Source: Myxococcota bacterium (GTDB lineage: Bacteria > Myxococcota_A > UBA9160 > UBA4427). From it: a stretch of 61,932 nucleotides of DNA. The notes beneath the pieces are model-generated. The model had not been told where the DNA came from, searched no databases, and was given only the letters and a program-made list of their open reading frames with translations. How positions within the stretch are numbered: position 1 is the stretch's first letter; the number at the start of each line of letters is the position of its first letter. Of this stretch, positions 1 to 10,019 are shown in pieces. The stretch lies in NCBI GenBank assembly GCA_036336835.1, contig JAYZFK010000058.1:1-61932 (forward strand), read 5' to 3'. The translations under genes were made by a program, and so were the position numbers.

Positions 1-300
1 CTGCGCGAATTCCGGACCGAACGCTTCGAGGATCACACAGCCGATGCCGTAGCTCTCGAGAAGCTCGAGCTTCTGCTCGAGCGTGGTCAGCAGCGGTGGC
101 GCTTCGTTCGGGGTCAACACCTTGCGCGGATGCGGCTCGAAGGTGTAGACGACCGCCTCGCCCTCGAGCGTGCGGGCCCGCTCGGCGACCGTCTGCATGA
201 TCGCTCGGTGACCGATGTGGAGGCCGTCGAAGTTTCCGATCGTCAGGATCGGGCGAACGAGCGTGCGCTCGAGCGCTGCGGTCCCGTGTACGACCTCCAA
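1..300 (-). CDS. ribF: Bifunctional riboflavin kinase/FAD synthetase, 5' part (runs off left edge)
   Basis: Manual translation from TTG at 300: LEVVHG...LTIGNFDGLHIGHRAI...VYTFEPHPRKVL. GxFDGxHxGH and TFxPHP motifs. Not in the ORF track. Confidence 0.93.
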   Translation of the reverse strand, partial: MEVVHGTAALERTLVRPILTIGNFDGLHIGHRAIMQTVAERARTLEGEAVVYTFEPHPRKVLTPNEAPPLLTTLEQKLELLESYGIGCVILEAFGPEFAQ

Positions 301-317
301 TGCTAGACTCCCCTGCC

Positions 318-1394
318 GTGCGAACGCTCTCGCGTTATCTCGTCGCGCGCTTCGTGCAGCTCTATTTCGTCGTCGGCTTCGTCGCCGTGCTTTCGGTCAT
401 GGTGGTCGAACTCCTGCTCAACCTCGATCGCATGATCGAGTTCGGCGACGGCTTGGGCGGTGCCGTCCGCTACCTCTGGCTGCGGCTCGCCTCGGAGTAT
501 GCCAGCTACATCGTGCCACTCGCTGCCTTCTTGGCCGCCTTTTCCACGGCCGCCCTCGCGGCCTATACCAACGAATGGATGGCCCTCAAGGCGGGCGGCA
601 TCGCACTTGCGCGCTTCGCGTTGCCCCTGATCGGCTGTGGCGCCGCTGTCTCCGTCGGGGCGGCACTGATGCACGAGACCGTGATCGTCGGGGCTCGGCA
701 GGAGTGGAACCGTCAGCGGGACGGCGACGCCAACATCCGCTTCCAGGAGGGGGCATTCTGGTACCAGCGCGGCACCCGGATCTTCCGCGTCGCCGAGGCC
801 GACCGCGAGAGCCGCACACTGCGCGAGGTGCGCATCTTCGAGCGCGACGATCGCGGACGCCTGCAGCGCAGCATCGCAGCCGAGCGGATCGAGATCCTGG
901 ACGCCGAGCACTGGCTGTTCGTCGACGCGGTGTTTCGCGAGTTCGACCCGGAGGATCGCTCGGCCCCGCCCCGCATCGAGCGCGTCGCACGACGCCTGCT
1001 CGAGATCGCCGACCCGCGCGACCGCGCGCTGATGCAGGCGGATCCCGCGGCCCTGTCGCTGGCGAGGATGCGCGAGTTCATCGCCGCGAAGGAGGCGCGC
1101 GGCGTCTCGGCCGACCGGCAGTGGACCCTGCTGTACGGTCGGCTCGGCGACTGGGCCTCGATCACCCTACTGGTGACCGCGGCGGTTCCTCTCGGCCTCG
1201 GCGTCGAGCGGACCCGCAGCCTCGGTCGCAGCGCGAGCTACGCCACGGCTGCGATCGCCGGCTTCTACGCCCTGCGCAATGTCGGCGAGATTCTCTCGCT
1301 CCAGGGCCTCGTGCCCCCGGGCCTCGCCGCGCTCTGCCTGCTCGCTGTTCTCGCCGGCCTCTCCGCGCTCGCACTGGCGCGCGCTCCCCGCTGA
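318..1394 (+). CDS. LptF/LptG (YjgP/YjgQ) family LPS export permease
   Basis: 3 N-terminal TMs, NEWMALKAGGI motif, beta-rich periplasmic domain, 3 C-terminal TMs. GTG 318 preferred because the ORF-track ATG at 300 abuts the -10-like TAGACT. Confidence 0.88.
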   Translation: MRTLSRYLVARFVQLYFVVGFVAVLSVMVVELLLNLDRMIEFGDGLGGAVRYLWLRLASEYASYIVPLAAFLAAFSTAALAAYTNEWMALKAGGIALARFALPLIGCGAAVSVGAALMHETVIVGARQEWNRQRDGDANIRFQEGAFWYQRGTRIFRVAEADRESRTLREVRIFERDDRGRLQRSIAAERIEILDAEHWLFVDAVFREFDPEDRSAPPRIERVARRLLEIADPRDRALMQADPAALSLARMREFIAAKEARGVSADRQWTLLYGRLGDWASITLLVTAAVPLGLGVERTRSLGRSASYATAAIAGFYALRNVGEILSLQGLVPPGLAALCLLAVLAGLSALALARAPR

Positions 1395-1407
1395 TCGCAT
1401 CGGCCGC

Positions 1408-2325
1408 CTACCTCTTGGTGGGGTCCAGGAAGCGGAAGAATTCGTGGTCGGGGGGCAGGATCAGGGTGGTCCCTTCTCCCAGGGTCTTGCGGTAGGCCTC
1501 GAGGCTGCGCACGAAGGCGTAGAACTCGGGGTCCCGGTTGTAGGCGTCGGCATAGGTCCGCGCGGCTCCGGCGTCGCCCACGCCTCGAGCGCGTTCGGCG
1601 AAGGCATGCGCTTCGGCCAGCGTGGTGCGAGCCTCCTTCTTCGCTGCGGCGCGGGCCTCGCGGGCGAGGCGCTCGCCGAGCACGCGATCCTCGCGGGCGA
1701 TGGCGTGCTGCTGCTCACGCATCTGCCCGTAGGCCGCCTCCAGTGATTTGGCCGGCAGCTCGGTGCGGTTGATCTGGACGTCGACGACCTCGATGCCGGT
1801 CTCGATCAGCTCCGGGTTCGCACGGCTGGTCAGGCGATCCAGCTCCGAGTTGCGCTCGAGCAACTGGCCGATATCGAGACGCGCGATCGTCTCGCCCACG
1901 ATGCCCTTGACGGACTCCTGGACACGGTCCCTAGCCTTCATCATCCCCCGAGCAATGTCGGTTTGCGCCTGCGGGAAGTTGCGGATGAACACGGCGGGAT
2001 CCACGATCCGCCAGATGACGTAGTAGTCGGTCAGCAGATTCTCGCCGCCCGAGATGACGACCTTCACCGGGTCGGCGTTCAGGTGCTGCAGCCGCCGGTC
2101 TAGCGTGATCACCCGGCTGAACGGCACCATCCAGGTCGCCCCCGGCTCGGAGATGCGCTTGTACTCCTGGCCCGTCACGGGCATCAGCAAGATGTTGTGC
2201 TCGACCTCGCTCGTCACCACGATCGGACTGACCCCGATGCCACCGGGCAGCCGTGTATCGCTGCTCCAGACAGCCGCGACACCGATCGCGGCCAAGAGCA
2301 CCAGCCCGCTGAACAGCCGCCTCAC
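1408..2325 (-). CDS. hflC: HflC-type SPFH protease modulator
   Basis: N-terminal TM, SPFH domain, C-terminal YADAYNRDPEFYAFVRSLEAYRKT; follows hflK with 4-bp overlap. Confidence 0.9.
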   Translation of the reverse strand: MRRLFSGLVLLAAIGVAAVWSSDTRLPGGIGVSPIVVTSEVEHNILLMPVTGQEYKRISEPGATWMVPFSRVITLDRRLQHLNADPVKVVISGGENLLTDYYVIWRIVDPAVFIRNFPQAQTDIARGMMKARDRVQESVKGIVGETIARLDIGQLLERNSELDRLTSRANPELIETGIEVVDVQINRTELPAKSLEAAYGQMREQQHAIAREDRVLGERLAREARAAAKKEARTTLAEAHAFAERARGVGDAGAARTYADAYNRDPEFYAFVRSLEAYRKTLGEGTTLILPPDHEFFRFLDPTKR

Positions 2326-3323
2326 CGTGCCCCTCCGGCCCGCCGACTCTGGAGCGGCATGTAGGGCAGCAGGTTCACTGTGTCCGGCTCGATGATCACC
2401 TTCTCCACGCCCGGAAGGATCTCCTCCATCGTCTCCAGATAGAGCCGCCGCCGCGTCACCTCGGGCGCACGCTCGTACTCGACGAGCAGCGCGACGAAGC
2501 GCTCCGCCTCGCCTCCCGCCTCGACCAACTTTGCGTCCCGGTAAGCGACCGCGGCCTCGCGAATCTCCTGCGCCTCGGCCTTTGCGCGCTCCACGATCTC
2601 GAGCGCGTCGCCGCGTGCCTCGGCCTGTGCCCGCTCGCGGTCCTGGCTCGCCGATACGACGTCGTCGAAGGCGTCCTGGACCGGTGTCGGCGCCTGCGAG
2701 TCGAGGATCTCGAAGCTGTCGATCCGAAAGGCGTTGCGCTCCCGCGACGGAAAGTAGGCGTCGAGCCGGCTCTGCAGCAGCGCCTCGGCGTCCGTCTGGA
2801 TCCCCCCGCGATCGCCGGTCAACGCATCCCTGCCGGACCGTTGCGCCACGACCTCGCGCATCGCGGACTGAGCGGCGTCGCGCAGCGTCGCCTCGGCGTC
2901 CGCCAGGCCATACACGTAGGAGAAGGCGTCGCCGACGTAGTACTGCACCACGTAGCTCATGTTCACGATGTTGTTGTCGGCCGTCTGGATGGCGTTCTCG
3001 GGCGTCGCCGTCTCGGCCGTCAGCTGGGCCTGCTGCGAGTCGGCGAAGCCGAACTTGGCGCGGCGCAGCTCGCCGAGCCGAACCGTCCCGACGGTCTCGA
3101 ACGGCAACGGCAGCTTGAAGTGCAGCCCCGGCGCGGTCTCCGTCCGGTCATACCGCCCGAGCTGCAGGACGACGCCCGCCTCGCCCGGCTCCAGTCGGTA
3201 CCAGCCGCTGGAAGCCACCCACGACCCGATCAGCAGCACACTGAGCAACAGCAGCAGAGAGCCGCGAACCAGGCGCCCTGCGCCGCGCTCGATACGGTCC
3301 GCCGTCCCTCCCTCGTCGGCCAA
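2322..3323 (-). CDS. hflK: HflK-type SPFH protease modulator
   Basis: GVVLQLGRY..PGLHFKLPLP, VQDAFDDV, YERAPEVTRRRLYLETME motifs. Confidence 0.92.
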   Translation of the reverse strand: MADEGGTADRIERGAGRLVRGSLLLLLSVLLIGSWVASSGWYRLEPGEAGVVLQLGRYDRTETAPGLHFKLPLPFETVGTVRLGELRRAKFGFADSQQAQLTAETATPENAIQTADNNIVNMSYVVQYYVGDAFSYVYGLADAEATLRDAAQSAMREVVAQRSGRDALTGDRGGIQTDAEALLQSRLDAYFPSRERNAFRIDSFEILDSQAPTPVQDAFDDVVSASQDRERAQAEARGDALEIVERAKAEAQEIREAAVAYRDAKLVEAGGEAERFVALLVEYERAPEVTRRRLYLETMEEILPGVEKVIIEPDTVNLLPYMPLQSRRAGGAR

Positions 3324-3327
3324 GCGC

Positions 3328-4095
3328 CTACCCCTCGCTCTGGCCGTCCGCTGCGGCCCGGTCGAAGAAGGGCCGCAGGATGTCGATCGGGAGCGGGAAG
3401 ATCGTCGTCGAGGAGTTCTCGGTCGCGATCTCCGACAGGGTCTGCAGGTAGCGCAGCTGCAGCGCCGCGGGCTGCGACTGGATCACCGCTGCGGCGTCCG
3501 CCAGCCGCTGCGACGCCTGGAACTCGCCGTCGGCGTGGATGATCTTCGCGCGCTTCTCGCGCTCGGCCTCGGCCTGCTTCGCCATCGCGCGCTGCATCTC
3601 CACGGGCAGATCGATCTGCTTCACCTCGACCGCCCGCACCTTCACGCCCCACGGCTCGGTCTGCAGGTCGATGATCTCCTGCAGCTGCTGGTTGATGCGG
3701 TCGCGGTCGGCGAGCAGCTCATCGAGCTCGGCCTGGCCGCACACGCTGCGCAGCGTCGTCTGCGCCAGCTGGCTGGTGCCGTACAGATAGTTCTCGACCT
3801 GGATGATGGCCTTTTCCGGGTGCAGCACCCGGAAGTACAGCACCGCGTTCACCTTCACCGACACGTTGTCGCGCGTGATCACCTCCTGGCTCGGCACGTC
3901 CGCCACGTTCTCGCGCAGGCTCACGCGCACCATCCGGTCGACACCGGGAATGATCCACTTGAGGCCGGCCGTACGGACGCCGTTGAAGCGCCCGAGCCGG
4001 AAGATCACGCCGCGTTCGTACTCGGCCAGCACGCGGAACCCCGCGAACGCCAACGCGAGCAGCACGCCGAGAAAGATGAGCAGAATCTGCAGCAT
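3328..4095 (-). CDS. Stomatin/slipin family SPFH protein
   Basis: [48 protein letters not shown]. Confidence 0.95.
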   Translation of the reverse strand: MLQILLIFLGVLLALAFAGFRVLAEYERGVIFRLGRFNGVRTAGLKWIIPGVDRMVRVSLRENVADVPSQEVITRDNVSVKVNAVLYFRVLHPEKAIIQVENYLYGTSQLAQTTLRSVCGQAELDELLADRDRINQQLQEIIDLQTEPWGVKVRAVEVKQIDLPVEMQRAMAKQAEAEREKRAKIIHADGEFQASQRLADAAAVIQSQPAALQLRYLQTLSEIATENSSTTIFPLPIDILRPFFDRAAADGQSEG

Positions 4096-4142
4096 GTCCC
4101 CTCCAGGATAGGCGACCGGCCTGGCCGCCCTGGTCCCCTACG

Positions 4143-5504
4143 CTACGTCGGATTCGTGCGTCGCACCCGCAGCAGCAGCCCCTCGACGCCGGTCACCTCG
4201 ACCGGCTCGCCCTCGCCGACCTCGCCGGACGCCTTGGCGTTCCAGTACTCGCCGCGCACGAACACCTTGCCCTCGGGCGCGAGTGCGGTGGTCGTTCGCC
4301 CCACCAGACCGATCAATTCGTCGACTCCGGCCGTCTGCGCAACCCACAGACTCCGCCCGAGCGCGAACACCACCACACCGCCGAACACGGCAAACGCCGC
4401 GACAAGGGGGACGAGCACGCTCCAGAACGAGACGTTCAGATCCGACAGATTCGGCTGGTCGAACACCATGGAGCCTCCAAGCAACAAGCACGCGATCCCG
4501 AGCCCGAACAGCGCTCCGAACGACGACACGAATAGCTCGGCCGTAATCAACCCGACCCCCGCCGTCATCACCATCAGCCCGACCCACGAGAACGGGAGGA
4601 TCTGGAAGGCGATCGCAGTCAGCACCAGGCAGAGGGCACCCGCCGCGCCGGGGAGCACCATCCCCGGGTTGTTGAACTCGATGTAGAGGCCGAGCAGGCC
4701 TGCCATCAGCAGCACCGAAGCGACGTTCGGGTCCGACAGGAAGTCGAAGAAGCGCTGGCCGAACGTCATCTCGACGTCCACGAATGTCGCGCCCGCCAGC
4801 GAGATCGTGCGCTCCTCGCCCTTGACCGAGATCGTGCGCCCCTCGACTGCCTCGACCAGCGCGCTGCGCGAATCCGCGATCAAATCGATCACGCCGAGCT
4901 CGAGCGCTTCCTCGGCGTCGACCACGACCGAGTTGCGGACCGCCTCTTCGGCCCATGCCACATTGCGCCCTCGCTCCTTGGCGATCGTCTCGTTGTACTT
5001 CGCCAGCACGTTCTCGATCTTCTCGAGCGAGTAGTCGGCCGCGGGGGGGCCCTTCGACTCGCCCTCCTCCGCGTCGTTGGCGGGATCGGGGGGCTGTAGC
5101 GGCTTCGGGTTCGAGCCCATTGCGCTGACGGGATGCGCCGCGCCGATCGTCGTGCTCGGCGCCATCGCCGCAACGTGTGCGGCCATCGTGATGAACACAC
5201 CGGCCGAGCTCGCCATCGCGCCGCGGGGCGTCACGTGCACGATCACCGGAACATCGGCGTTCAGGATTGCGCCGACGATGTCGAGGGTCGCCGCGACCAG
5301 ACCGCCGGGCGTGTCGAGCTCGATCAGCACAGCGGTGGCCTGATCGCGCTCGGCCTCCTCGATCGTCTGGATCATGAAGTCGACCGAAGCGGGGTTGATG
5401 GATCCGTCGATGCGCACGACGCGCACCTCATCGATCGCGCTCGCCGACGACACCAGACTCCCCGCCAGCGCGCCGGCGAGCAACGCTGCGCAGAATCCTC
5501 TCAC
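4143..5504 (-). CDS. nfeD: Long-form NfeD (ClpP-like protease domain + TMs + OB fold)
   Basis: Signal peptide, LDTPGG, ASSAG, TIGAAHPV, C-terminal GKVFVRGEYWNA; precedes stomatin gene. Confidence 0.93.
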   Translation of the reverse strand: MRGFCAALLAGALAGSLVSSASAIDEVRVVRIDGSINPASVDFMIQTIEEAERDQATAVLIELDTPGGLVAATLDIVGAILNADVPVIVHVTPRGAMASSAGVFITMAAHVAAMAPSTTIGAAHPVSAMGSNPKPLQPPDPANDAEEGESKGPPAADYSLEKIENVLAKYNETIAKERGRNVAWAEEAVRNSVVVDAEEALELGVIDLIADSRSALVEAVEGRTISVKGEERTISLAGATFVDVEMTFGQRFFDFLSDPNVASVLLMAGLLGLYIEFNNPGMVLPGAAGALCLVLTAIAFQILPFSWVGLMVMTAGVGLITAELFVSSFGALFGLGIACLLLGGSMVFDQPNLSDLNVSFWSVLVPLVAAFAVFGGVVVFALGRSLWVAQTAGVDELIGLVGRTTTALAPEGKVFVRGEYWNAKASGEVGEGEPVEVTGVEGLLLRVRRTNPT

Positions 5505-6709
5505 GACCGCCCTTGCAACAGCTTCTCGATGTGATCGAACAGTCGCGCGGCGACCTCGGCCTTCGGCAGCAGAGGCAGCTCCTCGACCTCCCCACCCGGC
5601 CAGACGAACGACACGGCGTTGCTGTCGACGTCGAACCCAGCGTCGCCGCGCGAGATGTCGTTGGCGACCATCAGGTCACAGCCCTTGCGCGCGAGCTTGC
5701 GCTGTGCGGCGGGAATCACGTCCTCGCTCTCGGCTGCGAAGCCGACGACGATGCGGCCGTCGGACTGCGCCGCGACCTCGGCCAGGATGTCGGGGTTCGG
5801 CACCAGCTCGAGTCGCAGGCCCTCGCCCTCGGACAGCGCCTCCTTCTTGAGCTTGTGCCCACGCGCCGACGCCGGCCGGAAGTCCGCCACCGCCGCCGCT
5901 TTCACGACCACGTCCGCCCGGGGCAGCGCGGCCATCACCGCGTCGCGCATCTCGAGCGCGGTGCGGACGTCGACCCGTTCGACGCCTGGCGGAGTCGCAA
6001 GTGCACACGGTGCAGCGATCAGCACCACCCTTGCGCCTCGCCGAGCCGCCTCGGCTGCCACGGCAAAACCCATCTTGCCCGACGAGCTGTTGGACAGGCT
6101 GCGCACCGCATCGATCGGCTCGCGCGTTCCTCCGGCCGTCGCGATCACGCTGAGCCCAGCCAGCGAATCGCTTCCCAGCGCGAGCTCGGCACGCCCCGCG
6201 ATCGTCTCCGGCTCGCTCATGCGGCCCTCGCCCTGCCAGCCACAGGCCAGCTCACCCGCTTCCGGACCGACCGTCTGTACGCCGCGCTCGCGCAGGGTCG
6301 CAACGTTGGCGCGCGTCGCCGGGTGCTCCCACATGTTCACGTTCATCGCCGGCGCGACGAGCACGGGCGCTCGCGTCGCGAGCAGGACTGCGGTCAGCAG
6401 ATCATCGGCCAGTCCGTGGGCCATCCGGGCGAGCGTGTTGGCCGTCGCCGGCGCGACGATCGCAAGCTCCGTCCAGTCCGCGAGCGCGATGTGGTCGATC
6501 TCACCTTCTTCGGACGGTTCGAGCAACTCACTTCGCACCGGCTCTCCGGTCAGGGCCCGCAGCACCAGTGGGCTCACGAAGTGCGCGGCCTCGCGCGTCA
6601 GCACACAGCGCACGGTGTGGCCCGCGCGCTGCAGCGTCCGCACCAGCTCCGGAATCTTGTACGCAGCGATGCCGGCGGTCACGGCAACGAGAATGCGACG
6701 CGGCTCCAT
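5501..6709 (-). CDS. coaBC: Phosphopantothenoylcysteine decarboxylase/ligase
   Basis: AGIAAYK, APATAN, PAMNVNMW, TAGGTREPIDAVR, SSGKMG, AAVADF, VGFAAE. Start ATG 6709. Confidence 0.96.
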   Translation of the reverse strand: MEPRRILVAVTAGIAAYKIPELVRTLQRAGHTVRCVLTREAAHFVSPLVLRALTGEPVRSELLEPSEEGEIDHIALADWTELAIVAPATANTLARMAHGLADDLLTAVLLATRAPVLVAPAMNVNMWEHPATRANVATLRERGVQTVGPEAGELACGWQGEGRMSEPETIAGRAELALGSDSLAGLSVIATAGGTREPIDAVRSLSNSSSGKMGFAVAAEAARRGARVVLIAAPCALATPPGVERVDVRTALEMRDAVMAALPRADVVVKAAAVADFRPASARGHKLKKEALSEGEGLRLELVPNPDILAEVAAQSDGRIVVGFAAESEDVIPAAQRKLARKGCDLMVANDISRGDAGFDVDSNAVSFVWPGGEVEELPLLPKAEVAARLFDHIEKLLQGRS

Positions 6710-6785
6710 CGATCTATCCCTCGGTCGGTTCGTACCCACCAGGCGGGGTCGGGCCCGCACCTCGCCCAGGCCGGGCTCGAACACG

Positions 6786-6825
6786 AAAAACCCGAGACAC
6801 GAGCTAGGTTACTCGAAACCCCGGG
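6786..6825 (-). terminator. Possible intrinsic terminator between PGM and coaBC
   Basis: Minus strand CCCGGG..CGAG-loop-CTCG..CTCGGG followed by TTTTT. Confidence 0.35.
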
Positions 6826-6840
6826 TCCCCTCCAAGCGCC

Positions 6841-8289
6841 TCAAACCAAGCGTGCCTCGCGCCGCAGCCAGCGCTCGGCCGCGACCAGACGCGCCTGGAG
6901 CGGTCGTGCACCGGGCGCGTCGGCATAGACCCGGACCAGCGGCTCGGTTCCCGAAGCCCGCCACATCACGAAGCCGTCGTCGAGCTCGAGCCGCACCCCG
7001 TCGCGCACGTCGACTCGCCCGACCCCGGAGCGGCCGAAGCGATCGGGTGGTGCGGCGCGCAGCCGCTCGAGCGCCGCGCGCAGTGCGTCCGTAGCGGGGA
7101 GCGCGCGCCGGCCGACTGCGCCCGCGCCGTGTCGCTTGCGCAGCGCAGCGAGCTGCGCAGCCAGCCCGATGCGGCGCAGAGCCACACTCTCGGCGAGCAG
7201 CGCCCCGGCGAACATGCCGTCCTTGTCGAGCGCGAACGGGGCAAAGGCCACGCCACCTGATTCGTCGATCGCGACCTCGGCCCGTCCCGCCTGCAGCTCG
7301 ACCGAGAGATGCTTGAAGCCGATCGGATGGCGAGTCGCGCGCAGGCCGTGACACGCCGCGACGCGATCGAGCAGCGAGCCGACCGCGAATGTCAGCGCCA
7401 CCCCGCGGCGCACGCGACCGGTGCGTGCGAGGTGGTCGAGGATCAGTGCGGCCTGCTCGCCGTCGGACAGCACCCGGCCCGTCTCGTCCACCGAGGCAAT
7501 CCGGTCCGCGTCGCCGTCGGTCGCCAGGCCGAGCCGCAGTCCGCGTCCCGCCCGAACCCGGCGTGCCAGCGCCGAGAGCTGCTCGGGGACCGGATCCGGC
7601 GCCACGCCCCCAAAAAACGGATCCGGCGCCGCCCGCAGCAGCTCGATGCGAGTGCCCGCCGAGAGCAGGGCTGCATCGAAGACGCCCGCGCCCGCCCCGT
7701 GCATCGCGTCGTACACGACTCGCAGGCGCGGTGAGGTGCGAAGCACCTCGCCGCAAGCCCGCGCGAGATCGCGGATGTAGCTGCCCGCGAGATCGCTGCG
7801 CACTCGGCGACCCGGACTCGAGACATCGCGCGGGGCTCGCGCCAGTGCGCGCGCGGCCGCCGCTTCGACCTGCGCTGCGGCGCGCGGGCCGATCGCCTCG
7901 CCGCGCGGGCCGAACAGCTTGATGCCGTGATCGTGAGCGGGGTTGTGGCTGGCGGTCAGCATCAGGCCCCCGGCCGCACGCCGCCGCGGCACCGCGCGCG
8001 CCAGGGCCGGTGTCGGCGTCACGCCCGAAGCGACCACCGCATCGAGCCCGCGCGCCTGGAGCGTCCGGGCCGCCAGGTCAGCCAGCCGCTCACTGGCAAA
8101 CCGACCGTCGAAACCCACCAGCACGCGCGCCCCTGCGCCTCGCCGTGCCAACCACGCCGCCGCCCCGAGCACGAACGCACGCACCCGCTCATCGGTCACC
8201 TCGTCGCCAAGCGTGCCGCGCCAGCCGCTCGTTCCGAGACGGATGGGACGCGAGAGCCAGCGCGGATCTCTTCGCGCGCGCGCAGTCAC
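6841..8289 (-). CDS. Phosphoglucomutase/phosphomannomutase family
   Basis: GTSGWRG, TASHNP (phospho-Ser), DGDADR (metal loop), DESGG, RASGTEP. Confidence 0.93.
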   Translation of the reverse strand: MTARARRDPRWLSRPIRLGTSGWRGTLGDEVTDERVRAFVLGAAAWLARRGAGARVLVGFDGRFASERLADLAARTLQARGLDAVVASGVTPTPALARAVPRRRAAGGLMLTASHNPAHDHGIKLFGPRGEAIGPRAAAQVEAAAARALARAPRDVSSPGRRVRSDLAGSYIRDLARACGEVLRTSPRLRVVYDAMHGAGAGVFDAALLSAGTRIELLRAAPDPFFGGVAPDPVPEQLSALARRVRAGRGLRLGLATDGDADRIASVDETGRVLSDGEQAALILDHLARTGRVRRGVALTFAVGSLLDRVAACHGLRATRHPIGFKHLSVELQAGRAEVAIDESGGVAFAPFALDKDGMFAGALLAESVALRRIGLAAQLAALRKRHGAGAVGRRALPATDALRAALERLRAAPPDRFGRSGVGRVDVRDGVRLELDDGFVMWRASGTEPLVRVYADAPGARPLQARLVAAERWLRREARLV

Positions 8290-8294
8290 GCGGG

Positions 8295-8792
8295 CTAGCG
8301 ACCTAGCTTCTTGCGCAGCGCCTCCGCCACGACGGGCGGGACGAACTCGTCAACCGGCGCCCCGAAACGCACGAGCTCCTTGAGACGGGAGGAGCTGACG
8401 TAGAGGTACTCCTGGCTCGACATCATGAAGAGGATCTCGATGCCCGGGTGCAGGTGCTTGTTCATCAACGCCATCTCGAACTCGTACTCGAAGTCGGCGA
8501 TCGCACGCAGGCCGCGGATCACCGCCGTCGCGCCGATCCGCTTCGCGTGTTCGACCATGAGCCCGTCGAAGACTTCCGCACGGGTTCGCGGCACGTCTGC
8601 GAGCACGACCTCGAGCAGGTTGAAACGCTCCTCGAGCGTGAAGGTGGCGTCCTTGCCGACGTTGGTCGAAACCGCCACCAGCACTTCGTCGAAGACGTTC
8701 ACCGTGCGTTGGATCAGATCGAGGTGACCGTTGGTGATCGGGTCGAAGCTCGCCGGGAACAGGGCAAGCGAGCGTCGCGTGTCATTCGCCAT
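8295..8792 (-). CDS. coaD: Pantetheine-phosphate adenylyltransferase
   Basis: FPASFDPITNGHLD, IRGLRAIADFEYE, SSS motifs. Confidence 0.96.
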   Translation of the reverse strand: MANDTRRSLALFPASFDPITNGHLDLIQRTVNVFDEVLVAVSTNVGKDATFTLEERFNLLEVVLADVPRTRAEVFDGLMVEHAKRIGATAVIRGLRAIADFEYEFEMALMNKHLHPGIEILFMMSSQEYLYVSSSRLKELVRFGAPVDEFVPPVVAEALRKKLGR

Positions 8793-9381
8793 CGCGCTGC
8801 GGCAGAGCCTCCTGAGGTCGGTTCGGACACCCGAACGCCGGGTCCGGACGCAGATGAAGGAGCACGGTATCGCCGTACGTTCGCTCGCGTTCTCGCAACC
8901 ATCCCTCGGCCAGCAACAGAGGATCGCGCTTCGCGCGCTCGACCACCACCGAGCCCCCCGGTGTCACCAACCCCAACCGGAGCAACGACTCGAGGACCGC
9001 AGCCTGCAGTCCCGCAGCGTAGGGCGGGTCGACCAGCACGAGATCGAATCGCTCCTTGCGCTCGGCCAGCAACCGCAGGGCGCGCTGCGCATCGATCGAC
9101 AGCACCTGGGACTCGGCACCCAGCTCGAGATCCGCCAGGTTGCCGCGCAGCACGGCAAGGCTTGCCCGCGCGCGCTCGACGAACACCGCGCGCGAGGCCC
9201 CGCGGGAAAGCGCCTCGATCCCGAGCGCACCGGTGCCTGCGAACAGATCGAGCACGCGTGCGCCCTCGACGTCGCCGAGAGCCGCAAACAGCGATTCGCG
9301 CACGCGATCGGCCGTCGGGCGCACACCTCTCGGCGACGCGCGCAGGCGTCGACTCCGAAGTCGCCCGGCGATCACGCGCAT
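8782..9381 (-). CDS. rsmD: 16S rRNA m2G966 methyltransferase
   Basis: MRVIAG..RPT.DRVRESLF, LDLFAGTGALGIEALSRG, DPPY; upstream of coaD. Confidence 0.95.
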   Translation of the reverse strand: MRVIAGRLRSRRLRASPRGVRPTADRVRESLFAALGDVEGARVLDLFAGTGALGIEALSRGASRAVFVERARASLAVLRGNLADLELGAESQVLSIDAQRALRLLAERKERFDLVLVDPPYAAGLQAAVLESLLRLGLVTPGGSVVVERAKRDPLLLAEGWLRERERTYGDTVLLHLRPDPAFGCPNRPQEALPQRDGE

Positions 9382-9409
9382 GCAGCAAAGAGTGACACAG
9401 CCCACCGGT

Positions 9410-9433
9410 ATTGCCCCCCGATCGGTGGCCAAT
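9410..9433. promoter_or_regulatory. Imperfect 24-bp palindrome, candidate operator
   Basis: ATTGCCCCCCGATCGGTGGCCAAT matches its reverse complement at 20/24 positions; lies between divergent rsmD and XRE genes. Confidence 0.4.
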
Positions 9434-9465
9434 GCAACCCGAATCCCGCTGGAGCACGGAAATCC

Positions 9466-9495
9466 TTGATCGGCACCCCCTCCGGTTCGTAGACT
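9466..9495 (+). promoter_or_regulatory. Sigma70-like promoter of XRE gene
   Basis: TTGATC-N18-TAGACT. Confidence 0.45.
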
Positions 9496-9563
9496 CCGCG
9501 CGCTCGAGGAACCTGGGGAGAGTGGCTCGGCGCTCGCGGACGAGCGACTCGATGAGGGAGCAA

Positions 9564-9803
9564 ATGACAGGCAACGGTCTGGGACGTATCAAGAGGAAGC
9601 TGGCGGTACGACTTGCCGAGATCAGAGGGGATCGTTCGCAGCGACAGTTCGCGCGCGATCTCGGCGTTTTCCAGCAGAACGTGAACCGTTACGAGAACGG
9701 CACGACTCCCCACGCGGATTTCCTGATCCGACTCGCGATGGAGGAGAACGTCTCCCTCGACTGGCTGCTTCTCGGCAGGGGCCGCATGCGCCGAAGCCGC
9801 TGA
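9564..9803 (+). CDS. XRE-family HTH regulator (small)
   Basis: SQRQFARDLGVFQQNVNRYENG..P...VSLDWLLLG; GAGGGAG SD before ATG 9564. Confidence 0.88.
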   Translation: MTGNGLGRIKRKLAVRLAEIRGDRSQRQFARDLGVFQQNVNRYENGTTPHADFLIRLAMEENVSLDWLLLGRGRMRRSR

Positions 9804-9959
9804 GCCGAGGCCGGCCCGCGCGCCGGCCGCCGCTCATCCGTTATTCGGAACAGCCGTTCCACTGCCCGCTGAGCGCGCAGTGTCTTGCACACCTCACGCG
9901 CGCGCATCTGCGCCGCGAACTGCGGACGCCGGCGCGGGGTTCGGAATCCTCGAACGAAC

Positions 9960-9976
9960 AGGGCACATATCTTGCT
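9960..9976 (+). promoter_or_regulatory. Sigma54 -24/-12 promoter
   Basis: AGGGCACATATCTTGCT: GG-N10-GC, close to TGGCAC-N5-TTGCW, about 45 nt upstream of ATG 10020. Confidence 0.6.
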
Positions 9977-10019
9977 CTCTTGAGCCCCTCCCAGTGCATG
10001 ACGCGCTTCGGGAGACTCG

